From NCBI GenBank assembly GCA_949358305.1, contig OX442314.1:22878001-22942000 (forward strand): 64,000 nt of DNA, given 5' to 3'. A program made the translations under genes and the position numbers. Origin of the DNA: Strigamia acuminata. Taxonomy: Eukaryota. Positions within the stretch are counted from its first letter, which is position 1; each line of letters starts with the position of its first letter. A model generated the notes under the pieces. That model saw only the letters and a list, made by a program, of their open reading frames with translations, was not told where the DNA came from and did no database searches. Below are positions 35,301 through 49,372 of the stretch, piece by piece.

Positions 35301-38226
35301 TCAGGTGGATGAAACTTTAGTTTAGCTCGATTCAACAGCAAAATGAAAGAAACTGAAATATAAACCAAAATAAAAATAATAGAATTCTTATTTTCGTTTC
35401 TTTTTATTTTCCCCTCCCCACTTGTGAGTAACCCATAGGATTGTGTACGAACGACTTGAAGTATCGCTATAGTATGTGTCAATTGATTGCAACCAGCCTT
35501 TATGGTCAAGCAGCTTGAAACTAACGCTGGCAAATGCCAACACTCCTGATTTCCTGTATTTATTAAATTTAATTAAATTTAATTAAATGAAATCGATACA
35601 GTTGATAGTATTGTGGAAATGGCAAATAAATTGTAACTTTTATTTATATTTTTTTATTAGATTGCTTAGAGGAATCCCGATCGGAATTGAAGATGATTTT
35701 AGAAGAAAGGTAAAGACATTTTATTTTCTATTTCTATCAGGGTCAGAATGTTGGCACAAAGTCAGCCAAAGGGGGGTCAATTTGATCCCAGGGAGGCATT
35801 TTTGCTTTGCTTCATGTTCTTGTGCAATTGTGCAAGTACAAAAGCCCACCAGGTCAGACTGGGATTACATTTTGGCCTAGAAAAAGCTACCACATGTCAA
35901 GAATCATATGTCAAAATAAAAGTTACATAACCCAGGTCTGGTCAATGGTTTGTAGGCATTTTCCATAGATCTATGTGCTGGTAGCGTAGTACAGTCGAGC
36001 TTCGTTATAACGAATTTCAAGGAATTCCAGAAATTGGTTCGTTACAACGAAAGTTTGTTATATCAAATTTTTTTTGGACTTCAGGGTAGTTAAGCAGAAT
36101 AATTATTGCATGGGGGCAAGTCTCCTGCTCAGTTTGCACTTACCACCCCTTAACTGGGACCCACAAATTAAATTATCAAGTATTTAATGACCAAAAAATG
36201 GCAACTAAATGATGTGCGACAAAGTGAAGAGACCCCATGTGAAGTACAGTAGAACTTCGATTATTGGAACACCGGTTATACGAACTTTTGGTTATCCGAA
36301 CAGCAGTCAAGTGATTTTATATCGATTTTTGTACCAATTTTTATCGGTTTTTAATGTTTTTAAACAATTTTTATCCATTTTTGGTTAGTTTTTAATGTTT
36401 TTAAACAATTTTTATCCATTTTTGGTTGGTTTTAATGCTTTCTAACTATATTTTAAGGACTTTATTTTTATATGCAGTACGGTATAAATCTAATGTACGA
36501 TTATCCGAACAATTCGGTTTTATGAACATGTTCCCAATTAGTTCGGACAATCGAGGTTCTACTGTATTGCATTTCTGGGGTTCCTATTATTTTCTAAACA
36601 GTTGGTTTTAATTTTCAGTAAAGGGGTTCCTTTATTTTTGGGTCCAACTCAGGACCTTATCACATCTTCCGATGAAGCGGAGGAAGAGGAAGACATCGTT
36701 TGCTATGCTCTTCAAAATGACTATTCTCCAGGTAGAAATTAATACCCTAATTGAAATTAATTGAATTAAAAATGTGAAAAATCATTAAAACTGTTAGATC
36801 AAGAATCCATGCGTGGACTGAAATTTTTGCGGTTGGTTGAGGATCCGACCCTAGAACCTCTGCCTTCCGACCAATTAGTGGACTACCAGTGCAGTAGCCC
36901 AAGGGCTAACTGGCAGGAAAACCAAGTTCCACCGGAAGTGGATCAAGAAAGCACTTTTGTACCAACCACCAACGCCAATTGTTTTTGTTGGAGCAGTCAG
37001 GTATTTATTTTCAAGTTGGAAATAAATTTTGAAATTAGTTTCACATGATTTGTTATGAAGTGCGAATGACAGATTGTGACAACTTGAAATTTCAGGCTTT
37101 ATGGATTTGACAGCTGAGAACTGACTAATTACATGATTATGACCTTATGGGGTACTTAAGGTTTAATTTGATGTGAAATTAATTTCTTTAATTTAATTCT
37201 CAACATTCGTAGTTGAAATTAACGTTTTAAAATACTTTTTAAAGCTATTAGAGCAGCAACGATGTCCCACAACACACAGCAATCAACGATTGCCGTCTAT
37301 GGTAGGCTGCGCTTGCTAAAAAACGATAATGGAGATTTTGGGCAGACTTAGCTCGCACTTTCGCCTTTAAAAACTCGGCGATTATTTTTTATTTGCAAGG
37401 GAACTCACGCTCGTGTGAATATTTCAATCTTCTTATATTTATTGCTGCCGTAGTAAATCGCATTGATTTACTATGAGCGAAGCAATTTTTATGAATATTT
37501 TTGATTTTTGATTGTTTAAAGCACTTAAAGTGCAAATGAATATCTTACGCTAGACCCTTTAAGGCCGATACCTGCAAGTTGAATCGGCACTGTCAAAAGT
37601 TGATTCTTTATCTTTTTGTGCCTGATGTGGCTTTGGCTGGTGGATGTGACGTTTTTTACATCGCAACTGATAACAGGTTTCTTAAAGTGGTGGTTCACAG
37701 ACCGGATAGAAATGGGGGTGAAATATTTCAGTAAAATATATGAAAAAGGCGCGTCAGAAATATTGGTAATTGAACTGTTATTGTGTAAAAAAAACGCTGT
37801 AGTCTAGGAGCGTAGCCACTTAAATTTTTCCTCACCAGGGACGCTGTTTCTTGACCCCATTAGTGGGCTGCGTGCACCAACTAAATTATTGCTGGTCGAA
37901 GATTAAAGTTAATTAGGGCAGAATTGCGCTAAAATTGCTCAAAATGTCCATTTGTGTCGTTTAATTGAATTGTGATTTAACTGAATTGGGTATTTTGGTT
38001 TTAGACTGCAGCTTTTAGTCACGCAGGTCCAAAACAAATGGATTTTTTGGATTATTTAGACCGGGTGAATATGAAAAGGAAAGAAAAATCATGTAACTCG
38101 AATGCAGAGCCTGCGTGGCATTCATTAATGCCGATTGCTTGCACGTCCAGTTTATCCTCACGCCCGCCTTTACTCCGCAGTCCAAGCCCTCCTACTTATA
38201 AATTTTACAGACACAGATTGTATTAA
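32399..38226 (+). CDS. Multi-exon protein (about 12 coding exons), probable PRR19 homologue
   Basis: Phase-compatible exons from MSTDTSRQRKKRKH to ...SPSPPTYKFYRHRLY*; motifs VTKNRLTMKVGMFQFGKRS and LCLGRDCLEESRSEL. The gene structure is firm; the identity is inferred. Confidence 0.7.
33030..33175. repeat. 21-bp minisatellite tacacgtaaaacctcaatttt
   Basis: About six tandem copies in an intron. Confidence 0.85.
34456..34867. mobile_element. Possible Harbinger-like MITE
   Basis: Imperfect ends TAGGCACGTTC / GAACGCACCTA with internal gatttc subrepeats. Confidence 0.45.
36247..36564. mobile_element. Tigger/pogo-like MITE
   Basis: TA|CAGTAGAACTTCGATTATTGGAAC ... GTTCGGACAATCGAGGTTCTACTG|TA. Confidence 0.8.
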
Positions 38227-39319
38227 GTGAAAAATAAATAGAAGTATATTTATGTCAAAGTTAATTGTTTTATTTCTTTTTTTTGCGGGTGTTTTGAAAG
38301 GTTTTTTGTGCGTTGTTTTGGTTTTGATGTATATTTAATATCGATTTTTTTGGGTGGGTTGCAAGGTTAGACAAACACCGAAGAATTTTACATTTTTTTT
38401 TCGTGAAAATATGTGCAAAATGTTTTTTTTTTTATATATAAAATTCACTTTATATTATTGGGTTATTACATTTTGGCGAGTTATCGTCGATGGTTCGCTG
38501 TATACGTGAGAGAATTTTATCAAGTTATGAGATTTTGACGGATTTTGTAGTATGGTTTGACGATTTCGAGATTTGATTCGGTAATTGAAACTTAATGAAA
38601 AATTGTCCGCATATTTGAGCACGATAATTGTAGTTATTGCAGTGGGGAAAAAATGTAATGTATACAGTCCCACCTCGCTACAGCGAATTACCATACGTCA
38701 CAAAACACATTCTGTATACAATGTTTCACTACACTGAAAAATTATTTAAGATTTTGAATTTTTTTTGTTATAAGTTTAATATAATGTTTATTTTTTTTTT
38801 GCCTGTACTGTAAATGAATTTACTAGGACTGGTGGAATCTGGTTTTGTAAAGCCAGGAAATAGGGACATTTCGTTTTTATCTTTTGCCCCTAGAGCTTCA
38901 CTGCACTTCACAGAATGGAATTGGCCAAAAAGTATGAAAACTGGGCTATAGGATTGGCGAAGAGTAATAACAACAAATGAAACAAAAATAAATCATAAGT
39001 TTAAATTCCTTATTAAAAGAAATTAAAAAGTAAAGTTTTGATGGTTTTTTTTTTCAGGACAAAGAAGCAATTTACAAAATATTTTTAGATCTCTCAAAAT
39101 TTGCATCATAAATTTTTCATGAGAAATGAATTTTTCAAAGTTTGAAGGCGTTAAAAGAGCACTTTACCTGGTTCCATGTTTGCTTCTCTCTCCCATGTGC
39201 TTTCCATAGTTCCTCTCAAGTGATCTTGTGGCATTTGACTTCCTTTGACAAAATATTTGATATGGTTAGTTTTAGTTTCCTGTTCGTGCCAATTGCTGTT
39301 CCATGCCGCAAACACAACG

Positions 39320-39600
39320 ATGTCTTACAAGTCTCTACTTTTTCTTGCCCTGTTGAGTTTCAGCTGCATCTTATTGATTCCTTCGGAAGGTCAAAGTATA
39401 AGTAACGTCATTTCTTCACATATATTTCACTTTAACCTTCATAATAGCAGAAATTAATTTCTTTTTGTTAGCTGCCATTACGGATCGAGTAAATTTTATT
39501 CTCGATAAATCTGATCATTGACTTCAAAGTCAATAAACTCATCATTAAATATAAAAATTTTAAAATTCAAAACTCAGTCTTAATAATTTTATTTGTTTGT

Positions 39601-39631
<31 letters not shown>

Positions 39632-42250
39632 TATATTTATTTGGTGCTATTTTAGGTCGATCTTGTCGTATCCCAAAGTTTCCTAACGGTAAACTTAAAA
39701 TAAAGGGACGTGGACGAATCTTGCGGTATGTTTGTTTGAACGGGTATGAATTGGTTGGTCGTCGGATGTCGACTTGTTTGCGATCACACTGGTCAAATCC
39801 AACTCCGGTTTGTGTAGGTAAGTTATAGCCACCTTACATAAAGAGTTTGTAATGTAACCTTGAAGGTCACATCCGTTATTTACTGATAACAGCTTGAAAC
39901 ACGTGGAAATTTGCGAAATAAAGGTTTAATACGATTTTATTTACAGCTCCTGGTTGTTCGCTGGATGTTATGAAAAATGGGTACTCTATGCGCTCCCACA
40001 GGGATGCTTTCGTCAGTTTTTATTGTGATCCTGGATATACGTTGGAAGGAAGTAGTAGTTTATATTGTGATGGACGAATCTGGAATTCCACCACGCCGGT
40101 TTGCTTAGGTATAAGTACAAAGTAGATGGTGTCAAGAGCTTGACTTAATTGCCAGCCATTTAAGCCAGTGCTGTGTCTACACATCTTAATTGTACCAGGC
40201 ACCTCTTGTGTCAATTGGCTTTCGGATTGGTCATTTACACTGGCTGTACTCTTGAACTAATTTAATTTAATTTAAAGCATAAATGTAAAAATAACGTAAT
40301 AATTTGCTGGAGTTATGGGAGGGCTAATACTGTATTTTTTTAAAACAAAGTTATATGAAGTTTTTTTTTAATTTTATCAAAATTTTATTAAAATCTCAAA
40401 ATCTCATCAAAATCTCAAAATTTCATCAAAATTTCATCAAAATCTCAAAATTTCATCAAAATCTCAAAATTTCATCAAAATCTCAAAATTTTATCAAAAT
40501 CTCAAAATTTTAGGAAATTATTTCTAAATTTCATCACATTTTAATCAAAATTTCATGAAAATATTTCTAAATTTTATCACATTTTAATCAAAATTTAATG
40601 AAAATATTTCTAAATTTCATCACATTTTAATCAAAATTTCATGAAAATATTTCTAAATTTCATCACATTTTTATCAAAATTTCATAACACAAGGCTGGCA
40701 AAATAAGGCTGGCAAACAAATAGGCAGGCAAATTCTGAATATTTTATTAATTTAATCAATAATAAAAAGGGACAAATCCAAAGAGGCTGAATTGGAAGTT
40801 AGGAAATAAGAAAAAGGCTAAAATCGGAAAGGCTGGAAGTTATAAGGCTGGCAATGCTGTGCACCAAAAAAATGTGCAAATCTATTTTAAATCAATTTTT
40901 TTAAAATTTTGATAAAATTTTCCCATATTTGACGGAAATTTTGATTGAATAAATTCAATTAAATGAACATAATCACATAGAGTAATAAATAGATAACAAC
41001 AATTTCAAAATTTTGTTTTTAGCCTCTCAAAAAAACCCACCTCCATCATGCGATTTTGAGTCTCCGGATTTATGCGGTTGGAGCCACGACGACACACACG
41101 AATTTGAGTGGACACGCCACAACTTTGCAACGCCTTCGGGTCACGTAGGAACCGGACCTTCGTACGACCACACGCTTGGCGAAGGAAGCGATGGTAACAC
41201 CCAACATGCATTATTTTGCTTATTTATGTTGCAATCAGGCAATGGTCTATGAAAGATTTATTCAAATTTACATCGTGTAAACTGGTAGTTGCACTATTGA
41301 CTGTTGGGGGGGTTGTGAGTGGAAAGTTGGTTGCCTGGGGTCTGCAACTTAAGTAAGTGCTTTTAATATATTCCTCGTAGTTTGTCGGTGAGAGCTAGGC
41401 ACAGAAATTGCTGTCTTTAAAGACTTGGCTGTAATTCAGTAACTTTTACTACACACTTAAATTTTATAATTATCATTACAGGTCATTACATGTACATAGA
41501 AGCCTCAAGTCCGAGGAAAGAAAACGATACTGCGCGACTAATTTCACCTGTTTATGAAGGCAGTCTCAGCACTAACGGATGTTTTAGGCTCTGGTACCAC
41601 ATGTTTGGTGCAACGACAGGTAATAAAATAATGGAATTTTGTCGCGAAAAAAAGCCGATAATGAAAAATTTCCAACAAATTGGACAATTTGAATTGCACT
41701 TTTATTCAAATTGACTCATTTCGTCATAAATTACGTCCGTTTATCGATTAAAATTTGCATTCGACATTCATGAATGTAATCAAATTGAGAGGACAACCTT
41801 TGAAAAATTTACTGGAATAAACCTCTAAATTTTTTATTATCGAGCTTATTGAATTAATGGTTGCAAAGTGAATATGCACGTGCAGAAATGAAGTAAATTG
41901 GGTCAAGGGATTGCGAACGATGTGCATTTGACGTTGTCGTATTTCTACGCTTCGAATGGCATGTTTTTCTCTGACTTTAGTGGATGACCCAAAATAAAAG
42001 GAATATATATATTTCAGCCCAAAGTGAATAAGCCGTCTTTACTGCTGGAGTTACGACTTTACCGCATTTCCAGGCAGGGTAACTCACTTGGAAACAAAGG
42101 GTTATTGCAAATGGATGCTCACCTCTCTCTCTCCCATATCTTATTCACGGCTCGATTCATTCTTCCTTAAATTAGACCTAAGAAATTGATTTTGTCAACG
42201 GTGCTCAGTGGAATTTTTTCTCTTTTTTTGTCTAACTCGACGACTTTTAA

Positions 42251-42284
<34 letters not shown>

Positions 42285-45200
42285 TTTAAAAAAAAATCTA
42301 AAGTGGGGCTTTTTTCAGGATCAGGAAATTTGCGAATTTGACTCTCTCAAGGATTTGTTCGAGCTTCTTGTCTTACTTATCGAACCGTCTTGAGTCGACT
42401 GTTCGTCTCAGACCAGACGTAAAATGGTCTTTTAAAATGGAATGACGGGAAAGATAATTTGAATATATTTGGGGACAGATTCGGCAGTTGAAGTTGTCCC
42501 TATCTAGTACACTTGAATTTAAGGGTTTGTTTTCTGTCTTGTGATCGGTTTTCTTCATCAATCGTTGGTTGATCTTGTTTACTTAACGCGTGACTAAATT
42601 TCACGATGTAAATATTGTGATTGACCCCTTTTTTTTCTATCTCTCTCGTTATTTTCCTGGATTTTGGAAAATGTCCAGTTTGTTTCTCATAACAAATAAA
42701 AAACGAAGCAGGGAAAGACAGTCGAATTAAATTATAATTCCCCATTAAACTCACAAACTTCGTTTTGTTGCTTTTTACTTTTTGGTGGACATTTATTGAC
42801 CACAAAGAAAATCCGCTTATTTGAGGTGGATATTCTACTTTTTCACACGTAATATTTAACCGAAACTCTTTTCCAACCCACATTTGAAACAATGCACATA
42901 AAATTGAGGAAAACTTTGAGACGAACCCGATTTTCTTATAAAACCAGCATTGAATTATACGACTCGTTTCTAGTGCAAGTTTTGCAGTAAACAATTTTAT
43001 TATCGATGAATTTCGTGGCCGTATATTGACAGTTATATGCAGTCTAAATCATATCTAAAGTTCCATAAAAACATTGTTGCTTTTGGCTCTTTCTTGAATT
43101 TGAAGTTGAGAAAACTTATATTGTAAACAAGCATTCGGGGAACGCCAACAATTCCATGATTAGAGGGAAAGATAGATGAGCTGAATCTATATTTGGCCAC
43201 ATCATCATCAGTCTTTAATTAATTAATTGATCACTTACCCCCCTCCAAGCACGACTTATATGTTTTGCCGCGGTAGTATTTTGACTTGAAGTTTCTGATA
43301 ATTATTTAGGGCTTCACTGAAAGAAGTAATTACATTGCAACTTTGAAGTTTATCATATAAGCAATTAAACGTGGATGAAAAAATTGTCGAGTCTTCTAAT
43401 TAGGTTTTGCGTTAGCTCCTCCAACTAATGGAAGTTTGTTATTAATAAGATTAATTAATCGGTGTTAAATCTTTCGGTTGGTAAAATAGACTTTACGTTC
43501 GAAATTTATTAATTAGTTTACGGCAATTAATTAATTGAAGTTTTTTGGTTTTTATTTTATATATATATATAAAATGGGAGTCTTTTATTTTGTATTGTAT
43601 CCGTTTTTCTGCGGCTAATTTGCCAGTTGTCTTCCGATAAACTCGACAGTGATGATGTTGAAATTGATGATTCTTCGCTTTGACGTTTGTGCTAGTGGGA
43701 GTCTACACGGAGCGAGGAATCGTTAAAAGGGAGAGGACTCGTGGGATCTTTAATAGCAAAAAAAAATATATTTTTTTTGGGGGGATTCTTTCTAATTGAT
43801 ACACATGAAAAGAATGTATAAGAGAAAAGTTGGAAAAATTTGCGATTTTATTTGTTCAATTGTATTTTTTTTTTCTATTATTTTTTTTTAGGTTCTCTGA
43901 GTGTTTTTGTGAAGCCAGAATCACAGAGACTGCAGGGACTCTTACCTCTCTACGAAAAAACTGGAAACCAAGGGAACAAATGGATCGAAGGAATTATGAT
44001 ACTTCCACAACTTCAAGAAAACTTCCAAGTAACAATCAAAACTAGTAGAATTTTTTATTTGTGTTATTTTTCTAATTGATCATTTTAAACAGATAGTAAT
44101 CCAGGGAGTTAGAGGAGCTAGTTACGTGAGTGACATCGCCATTGATGATGTGCAACTGAGTACTGACTTGGATTGCCCGGTTGATAGCGACGAAACCAGT
44201 TCAGGTAAATATTCACTAGATAACAGCATTTCATTTGCTTAGTATAATTTTAATTGGATTGTATTTATTGACCCCCTATTTCGATTTTAAAAAACACCTA
44301 AATTATTTAATATTACACACATTTATTTTCCCACCAAATTATTGATTCTACTCCCCATTTTCAGTGATTGATTCCGATAATGTTTTTTCGACGTTCCGAA
44401 CGTTTTTAAGTCGTTTTTACGTCGTTTATAGAATGAACTGTATAAATTATAAGCAGCATGGTTTGGTCAATAATACATTCCAATTTTATTTTGCTTCATT
44501 ATACTAAAATTTTGAATTTGTTATTGTCGTATAAATAACTGTCAATTTTCTGTTGGTCTGCAAATTAATGATAACAAACCAGAGACGAGATTAGTTAATT
44601 TTATTTTTAATAACAAATGATGGATTGTTAAAGAATGTTTTTGATTAATGCAAGCAAGTAATTAATTGCAACGTTTGTTGTTCGCAAGTCTCATAATTCA
44701 ATCACCGATGGGATTTCCCAGCATCATGTTCGAGTTTTAATTTCATCCACGAGCATTAAAAAGTGTTGACTGAAGGTGTAGTGGAATTGTCATAAATTCC
44801 CACAGTCATATCGCAAGAAAAGCGTCTTTCGATGATAGATGATTGGGAGAGCCGAAGAAGAGTAGTCTGGTGGTGGTAATGCTTGGGCGAATACGTATGA
44901 TGGGAATGGACGAACCAACCAACCAGATGAACCCGAGTTAGGAAGGTGATAACTCCCCCTAGACATCAATAAAAGCCAGAACATGAGCAAATAAGAGTTA
45001 TTCATCACTTCCACCTTGTATGATTTCCTCAACTTGCCCGGCAACTTTCCAACACCCAAAACGTCTTTCATATTTGGCATTGTCATAAATTACTATACAG
45101 TTACATGATTGCACTGTGTAGCAGATTTCCCAATAGGCCTGATGGGCCTAGAGCACCTAAATTTCTTATTCTCCCCCCTGTTATGTAATTATTTAACATT

Positions 45201-46841
45201 GGAATGACCAAAGGTAGACTGAATGTTTGCGATTCTCGCTACAGAATCGGAATTAGTTTCATGTGATGGTGATATCGATTTATTTGCTGCTTCTAAGATG
45301 AGACAAAAAAGCTGGGGGCGGCAAAAAGGAAAGTGCCTTTGCGCGGCAAAATTGTAAATCTAACATTGATTACATATGCGGACAAATATGTTTTCGGTAT
45401 CAATAGATGTAATAGGTTTAATGTCGGTCAAATAAAGCGATTTACATGTGTAGGCGCAACGGTTGAAAGTGAATAGTGTGCACTCAAGCTTGTTAAATAA
45501 TGCAAACTAGGTAACTTTTTAGGTATGTATACTCTTGTCAACTCCAAGATAAACCCCACTCCCATTGGCCTGTCTAATTACTACTAACTGTAGACTGTAT
45601 ACTACCACCAGGAAAAGTAGTTTTGTATTTTTTAAATTTTTTTTGTTATTATTATAATGATTAAAATTATTTGAAATTATTTGTATTTTGTAATCAAATG
45701 TTTTTTCCATTTATAAAATTAAGTTTTATGCTGTTTTTAATTCAATGTACATGGGTGTTCAGTTTATTGGTTGCTTTGTCAGGAAAGCAAACAATTTTTT
45801 AATTTTTTTTTTCGATTACATTGTCTGTACATCAAGTGCAATTTTGGTGGTTTGGTCTACATTTTTGTGTCGCTACACAAGTGAAATGGCTCGGCCAATG
45901 AGAATGAGACTTATCTTGGAGTTGACAAGAGTATAGTTGAGATTTTTCTCCACCGATTTGAACGCATCTAATGTCATTGACAAATTTATATTTAAAAGAA
46001 AAATTTTCAATATACAACAGAAACTGTATCTGATGAACCAACTGATGAACCAATAGATTGGCCAACTCCAGCTGTACCAACAATTGCATCTGTGACAGAT
46101 GAGCCCACTACAAGCCCAGTTGTGACTACAATTCCCACCACTACCGTTAGTTCAACACTTTCCACTGTAACAGATGCGCCTAGTACGATTACAACCACGA
46201 CTGATAGGCCCACAGAGACAGAGGAACCCGAGCCAAGAACAGTTGCAACTACAATTAGAACCACCACTACGACTGAACCAACAGCTCCGACCACTGTTAC
46301 GACTAAACCAACAGCTCCGACCACTGTTACGACTAAACCAACAACTTCTACCACTGCTACGACTAAACCAACAACTTTAACCACTCAGAAGGAAACGCCA
46401 AGACCAACGCCGCCTACTAGAAAGCCAACACCAGCCCGAGTTCCATCAACTAACAATCCAAGCATCAAAACAACCTCTACCCCCACTATTCCCTTGGAGA
46501 CCAGATTGCCATCAAGCACCGCTGCCCGAGCAACAATGTCAACAACATCAACAACTCCTTTTCAAAGAACTATTTTTCCTCGTAAAACCACCACATTAAT
46601 ACCTGAGCAAGTGAAAAAACCAGAGAAAAGGTCAGATGATGCAGCATCGAACAAGGCTCCCTCTTTAATGACTGTGGTTTTGGTGGTTGGAGGGGTTTTG
46701 CTGATTGGCGTTGTGTTTGGTGGAGCTTATTTTCTACACCGGAGACGTAAATTGAATAGGGAGAAATTGGCGGATGATTCGGATGTTAGATATTTGAAGG
46801 ACGATGAAATTCAGATAGAAACTGATAATTCTGGTTTGTAA
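39320..46841 (+). CDS. Scavenger receptor class C-like: signal peptide, 2 Sushi/CCP, MAM, Thr-rich stalk, TM, short tail
   Basis: CCP exons at about 39656-39818 and 39947-40109; MAM motifs [53 protein letters not shown]; mucin stalk and TM in 46021-46841. Matches the SR-CI architecture. Confidence 0.88.
40375..40690. repeat. AT-rich tandem repeats in an SR-C intron
   Basis: Repeated caaaatctcaaaatttcat and ~43-bp ttctaaatttcatcacattttaatcaaaatttcatgaaaatat units. Confidence 0.8.
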
Positions 46842-47514
46842 TTTGTAAAAGAAAAAAATTAAAAAAAGATTTTTTTTTCTTACATTTTTTCATTTCTTAA
46901 TTCAAATTGAACGATTAAGCTAGTGGGAAATAAATTTAAATGCGTGTGAAAGTCGATGAACGTATTATTTATTCAAAATACTTTCTTTGTTTTCTCACGC
47001 ACTCCGGCTGATTTTATTCCTTTTCGTTAAATGGGGATTTATTTGAAAGAGCTGTTTGTTTTAACTTGTACTCATTAATGCATTTAATTATGTAGTTTGT
47101 ATTGTTATTTTTTTTTTGTGTAAATAAATTTAGCTACAATCTATTTAGCTGTGATTTCGTACATTTTAATTTTTAAATCGGGCTTGAAACTTTGACATTT
47201 CAAGAACAGTTGGCGTAAGCATTTGCCTTTGCTGCTCTACTACCTACGCTCCAATCTCGTCGCTTTTTGGCGCTTTGTGGTTGCTAACTGTCAATTTCAA
47301 TTCGAGTGACGTTCAGAAGATTCCTCTCGTGAAGGGACTGTAATTTAAAATGGGACGGATGAGAACGAAAATTCAAATCGACCTACATACATATCACGTC
47401 GTTCTTTTTCGCTTTTCAAACTTTTTTTAAAAAAAAACTGAGATGATTGTTAAAATAATATAATATTTAATATTTTCGAGGGAGTTAGTTTTATTATTTA
47501 TTAAACACTTGGAA

Positions 47515-47920
47515 AACTTGCACGTGTGAAGCGAAATAAGGAAGAACCTGATGTCTTTTTGTTTAATACGTACACCAGAGGTCACGTGGGACGATGTGTC
47601 ACGTGTTCACAGAATAATGATGGCGGCGGCTGTAACCGGTAAGTGTCGTAACTTGTAATAATATTATTCCTGTTGAATAAAACACTTATTTAAACTCTCG
47701 AACTATAACTAGGATAACACAGGCAAGTCGTTTCAAGCAGATTTAATTGATGATTAATCGGCGAATTGAAAAAAAACATCACATAAAATGTATTTATTTT
47801 CAGGTACCCGTGTGCGATGTATTTATTTGTCTAAGCTGGATGAAGATTAACAACTTTCATCATTTGTCATTTACTGACAGTTCTATTGATAATAAACCGA
47901 GCATCTAAGAAGAAATCAAA
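47515..47920 (+). promoter_or_regulatory. Promoter with clustered CACGTG E-boxes and two apparent non-coding 5' exons of an unidentified transcript
   Basis: CACGTG at about 47521, 47583 and 47600; GATGGCGGC; donor CCG|GTAAGT at 47638; exon 47804-47920 (ttcag...AAA|GTAAGA). Confidence 0.55.
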
Positions 47921-49189
47921 GTAAGAAATAATTTTATCTATTAAGATTAATAATAACTCTAACCCTAACCAAATTATAATTGGAGTTTGTACCGAGTTGG
48001 ACCGAATATTTCCCGCACTTTGACTGATCAAAGTTCTCCATCATCTTGGGTCAGTGGTTGAATTAATCCGACTTTGTTGTCGGGATTCCTTGAAAATGGC
48101 GATTGTCCGTTAGTGCGGTATTTGACATTACTTCACGATAAAATAATTGAAACCTGAAATAATGGTCACATGCATAAAATTTTCTTTGCAATTGGAATAA
48201 ATTCTGGACGTGCACAAGACAGGAAATCTAGAAATACCAATTCTAAATTATTATTTTTTTTGTCTCCCTCACATATCCGTAATAGAGGTCGACTAAAACA
48301 GTGATGTCAAAAACGTGGGATTTTTTTCGTATATGACATGAAAGTCGGAGCTTAAGGCAACGGTGATCGCTTTAGATTTTGTTATATGAAGGCCACGATC
48401 TTGCAATGATGCAAGGGATCCTGTCAGTTTGACGCACGTCAATTTGGCGCCCACGTCAATTTGGTGCGAATCAAATTGGTGCAGGTCAATTTCCCATTTC
48501 CTATCTCGAAAAGTAGGGGGAGTCGAATTACAAACTGCTCGACTCTATATTTTGCACCCGGTATGTTGATGCGAAATTCAAACTGCGCATGTCATTCTGC
48601 GCATGCATTTAACATGGCGATTGTCAAGCTTAGTGCACCCAAAAGAAATCAAACGACAAAATTGCGGAACCATGTTGTAAATTACTTTTATTAACGAATT
48701 TATTATTGTTTATTTACTTTATTTTAGCATTATTAAGTCTTAAATAAATAATGCTAACTAATAACTGGAATTAGGAAATCGCCTGAGTAGGCCGGAATGT
48801 AAAGTATGAATTTAGTACGAAGATATCGGCAATTTGTGATGAATAAAATAGCGTATACTTACAAGCAAATTATGTTTGAGTAAAATGCGCGTAATTTGAC
48901 AAATGTCCGTACAAAATTTCAAAAATTAGGTACGTTTAAGGATGAAACAATCATGGGTAATAGGGACAGGACGAGGGGCACTTGGATGAAGGCCAGCTTG
49001 AGTGTAGAGTAGCTGATGAATTTGAGTTTTTTAAAAAAATCAATATTTGCGCTCCTATAAAGTAGATTTATTCGTCCTAGATTCATCTAAAAGTAGCCAT
49101 TGTGTCAAGGGGTCCAATTTTGTAGTTGAAAATATGGAAATTGAGCAATTGCAAAATACTTTTTCGAATTTTTTCTAATTAAACATAAA

Positions 49190-49372
49190 CAGGGCCGGTG
49201 TGACACACATTTCCACCTGAGGCTAGCAAGGCATATGCCGCCCTTTTGAACAGTATAAAAATTTTTTTTTTTTTTTTTGAAAATAATCAGATTATGTGCC
49301 CAAAGATGCCGCCCCTAGAAATATGCCACCTGAGGTGACCGCTTCACAGCCTCACCCCTCGCGCCGGCCCTG
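49190..49372. mobile_element. hAT MITE
   Basis: TIR CAGGGCCGG / CCGGCCCTG; perfect 8-bp TSD AACATAAA. Confidence 0.9.

Noticed and set aside
42500..42994. 164-aa minus-strand ORF in an SR-C intron
   Set aside because: Non-ATG start, no recognisable motifs or splice support.
46007..46384. Val-rich minus-strand ORF
   Set aside because: Antisense of the Thr-rich SR-C stalk.
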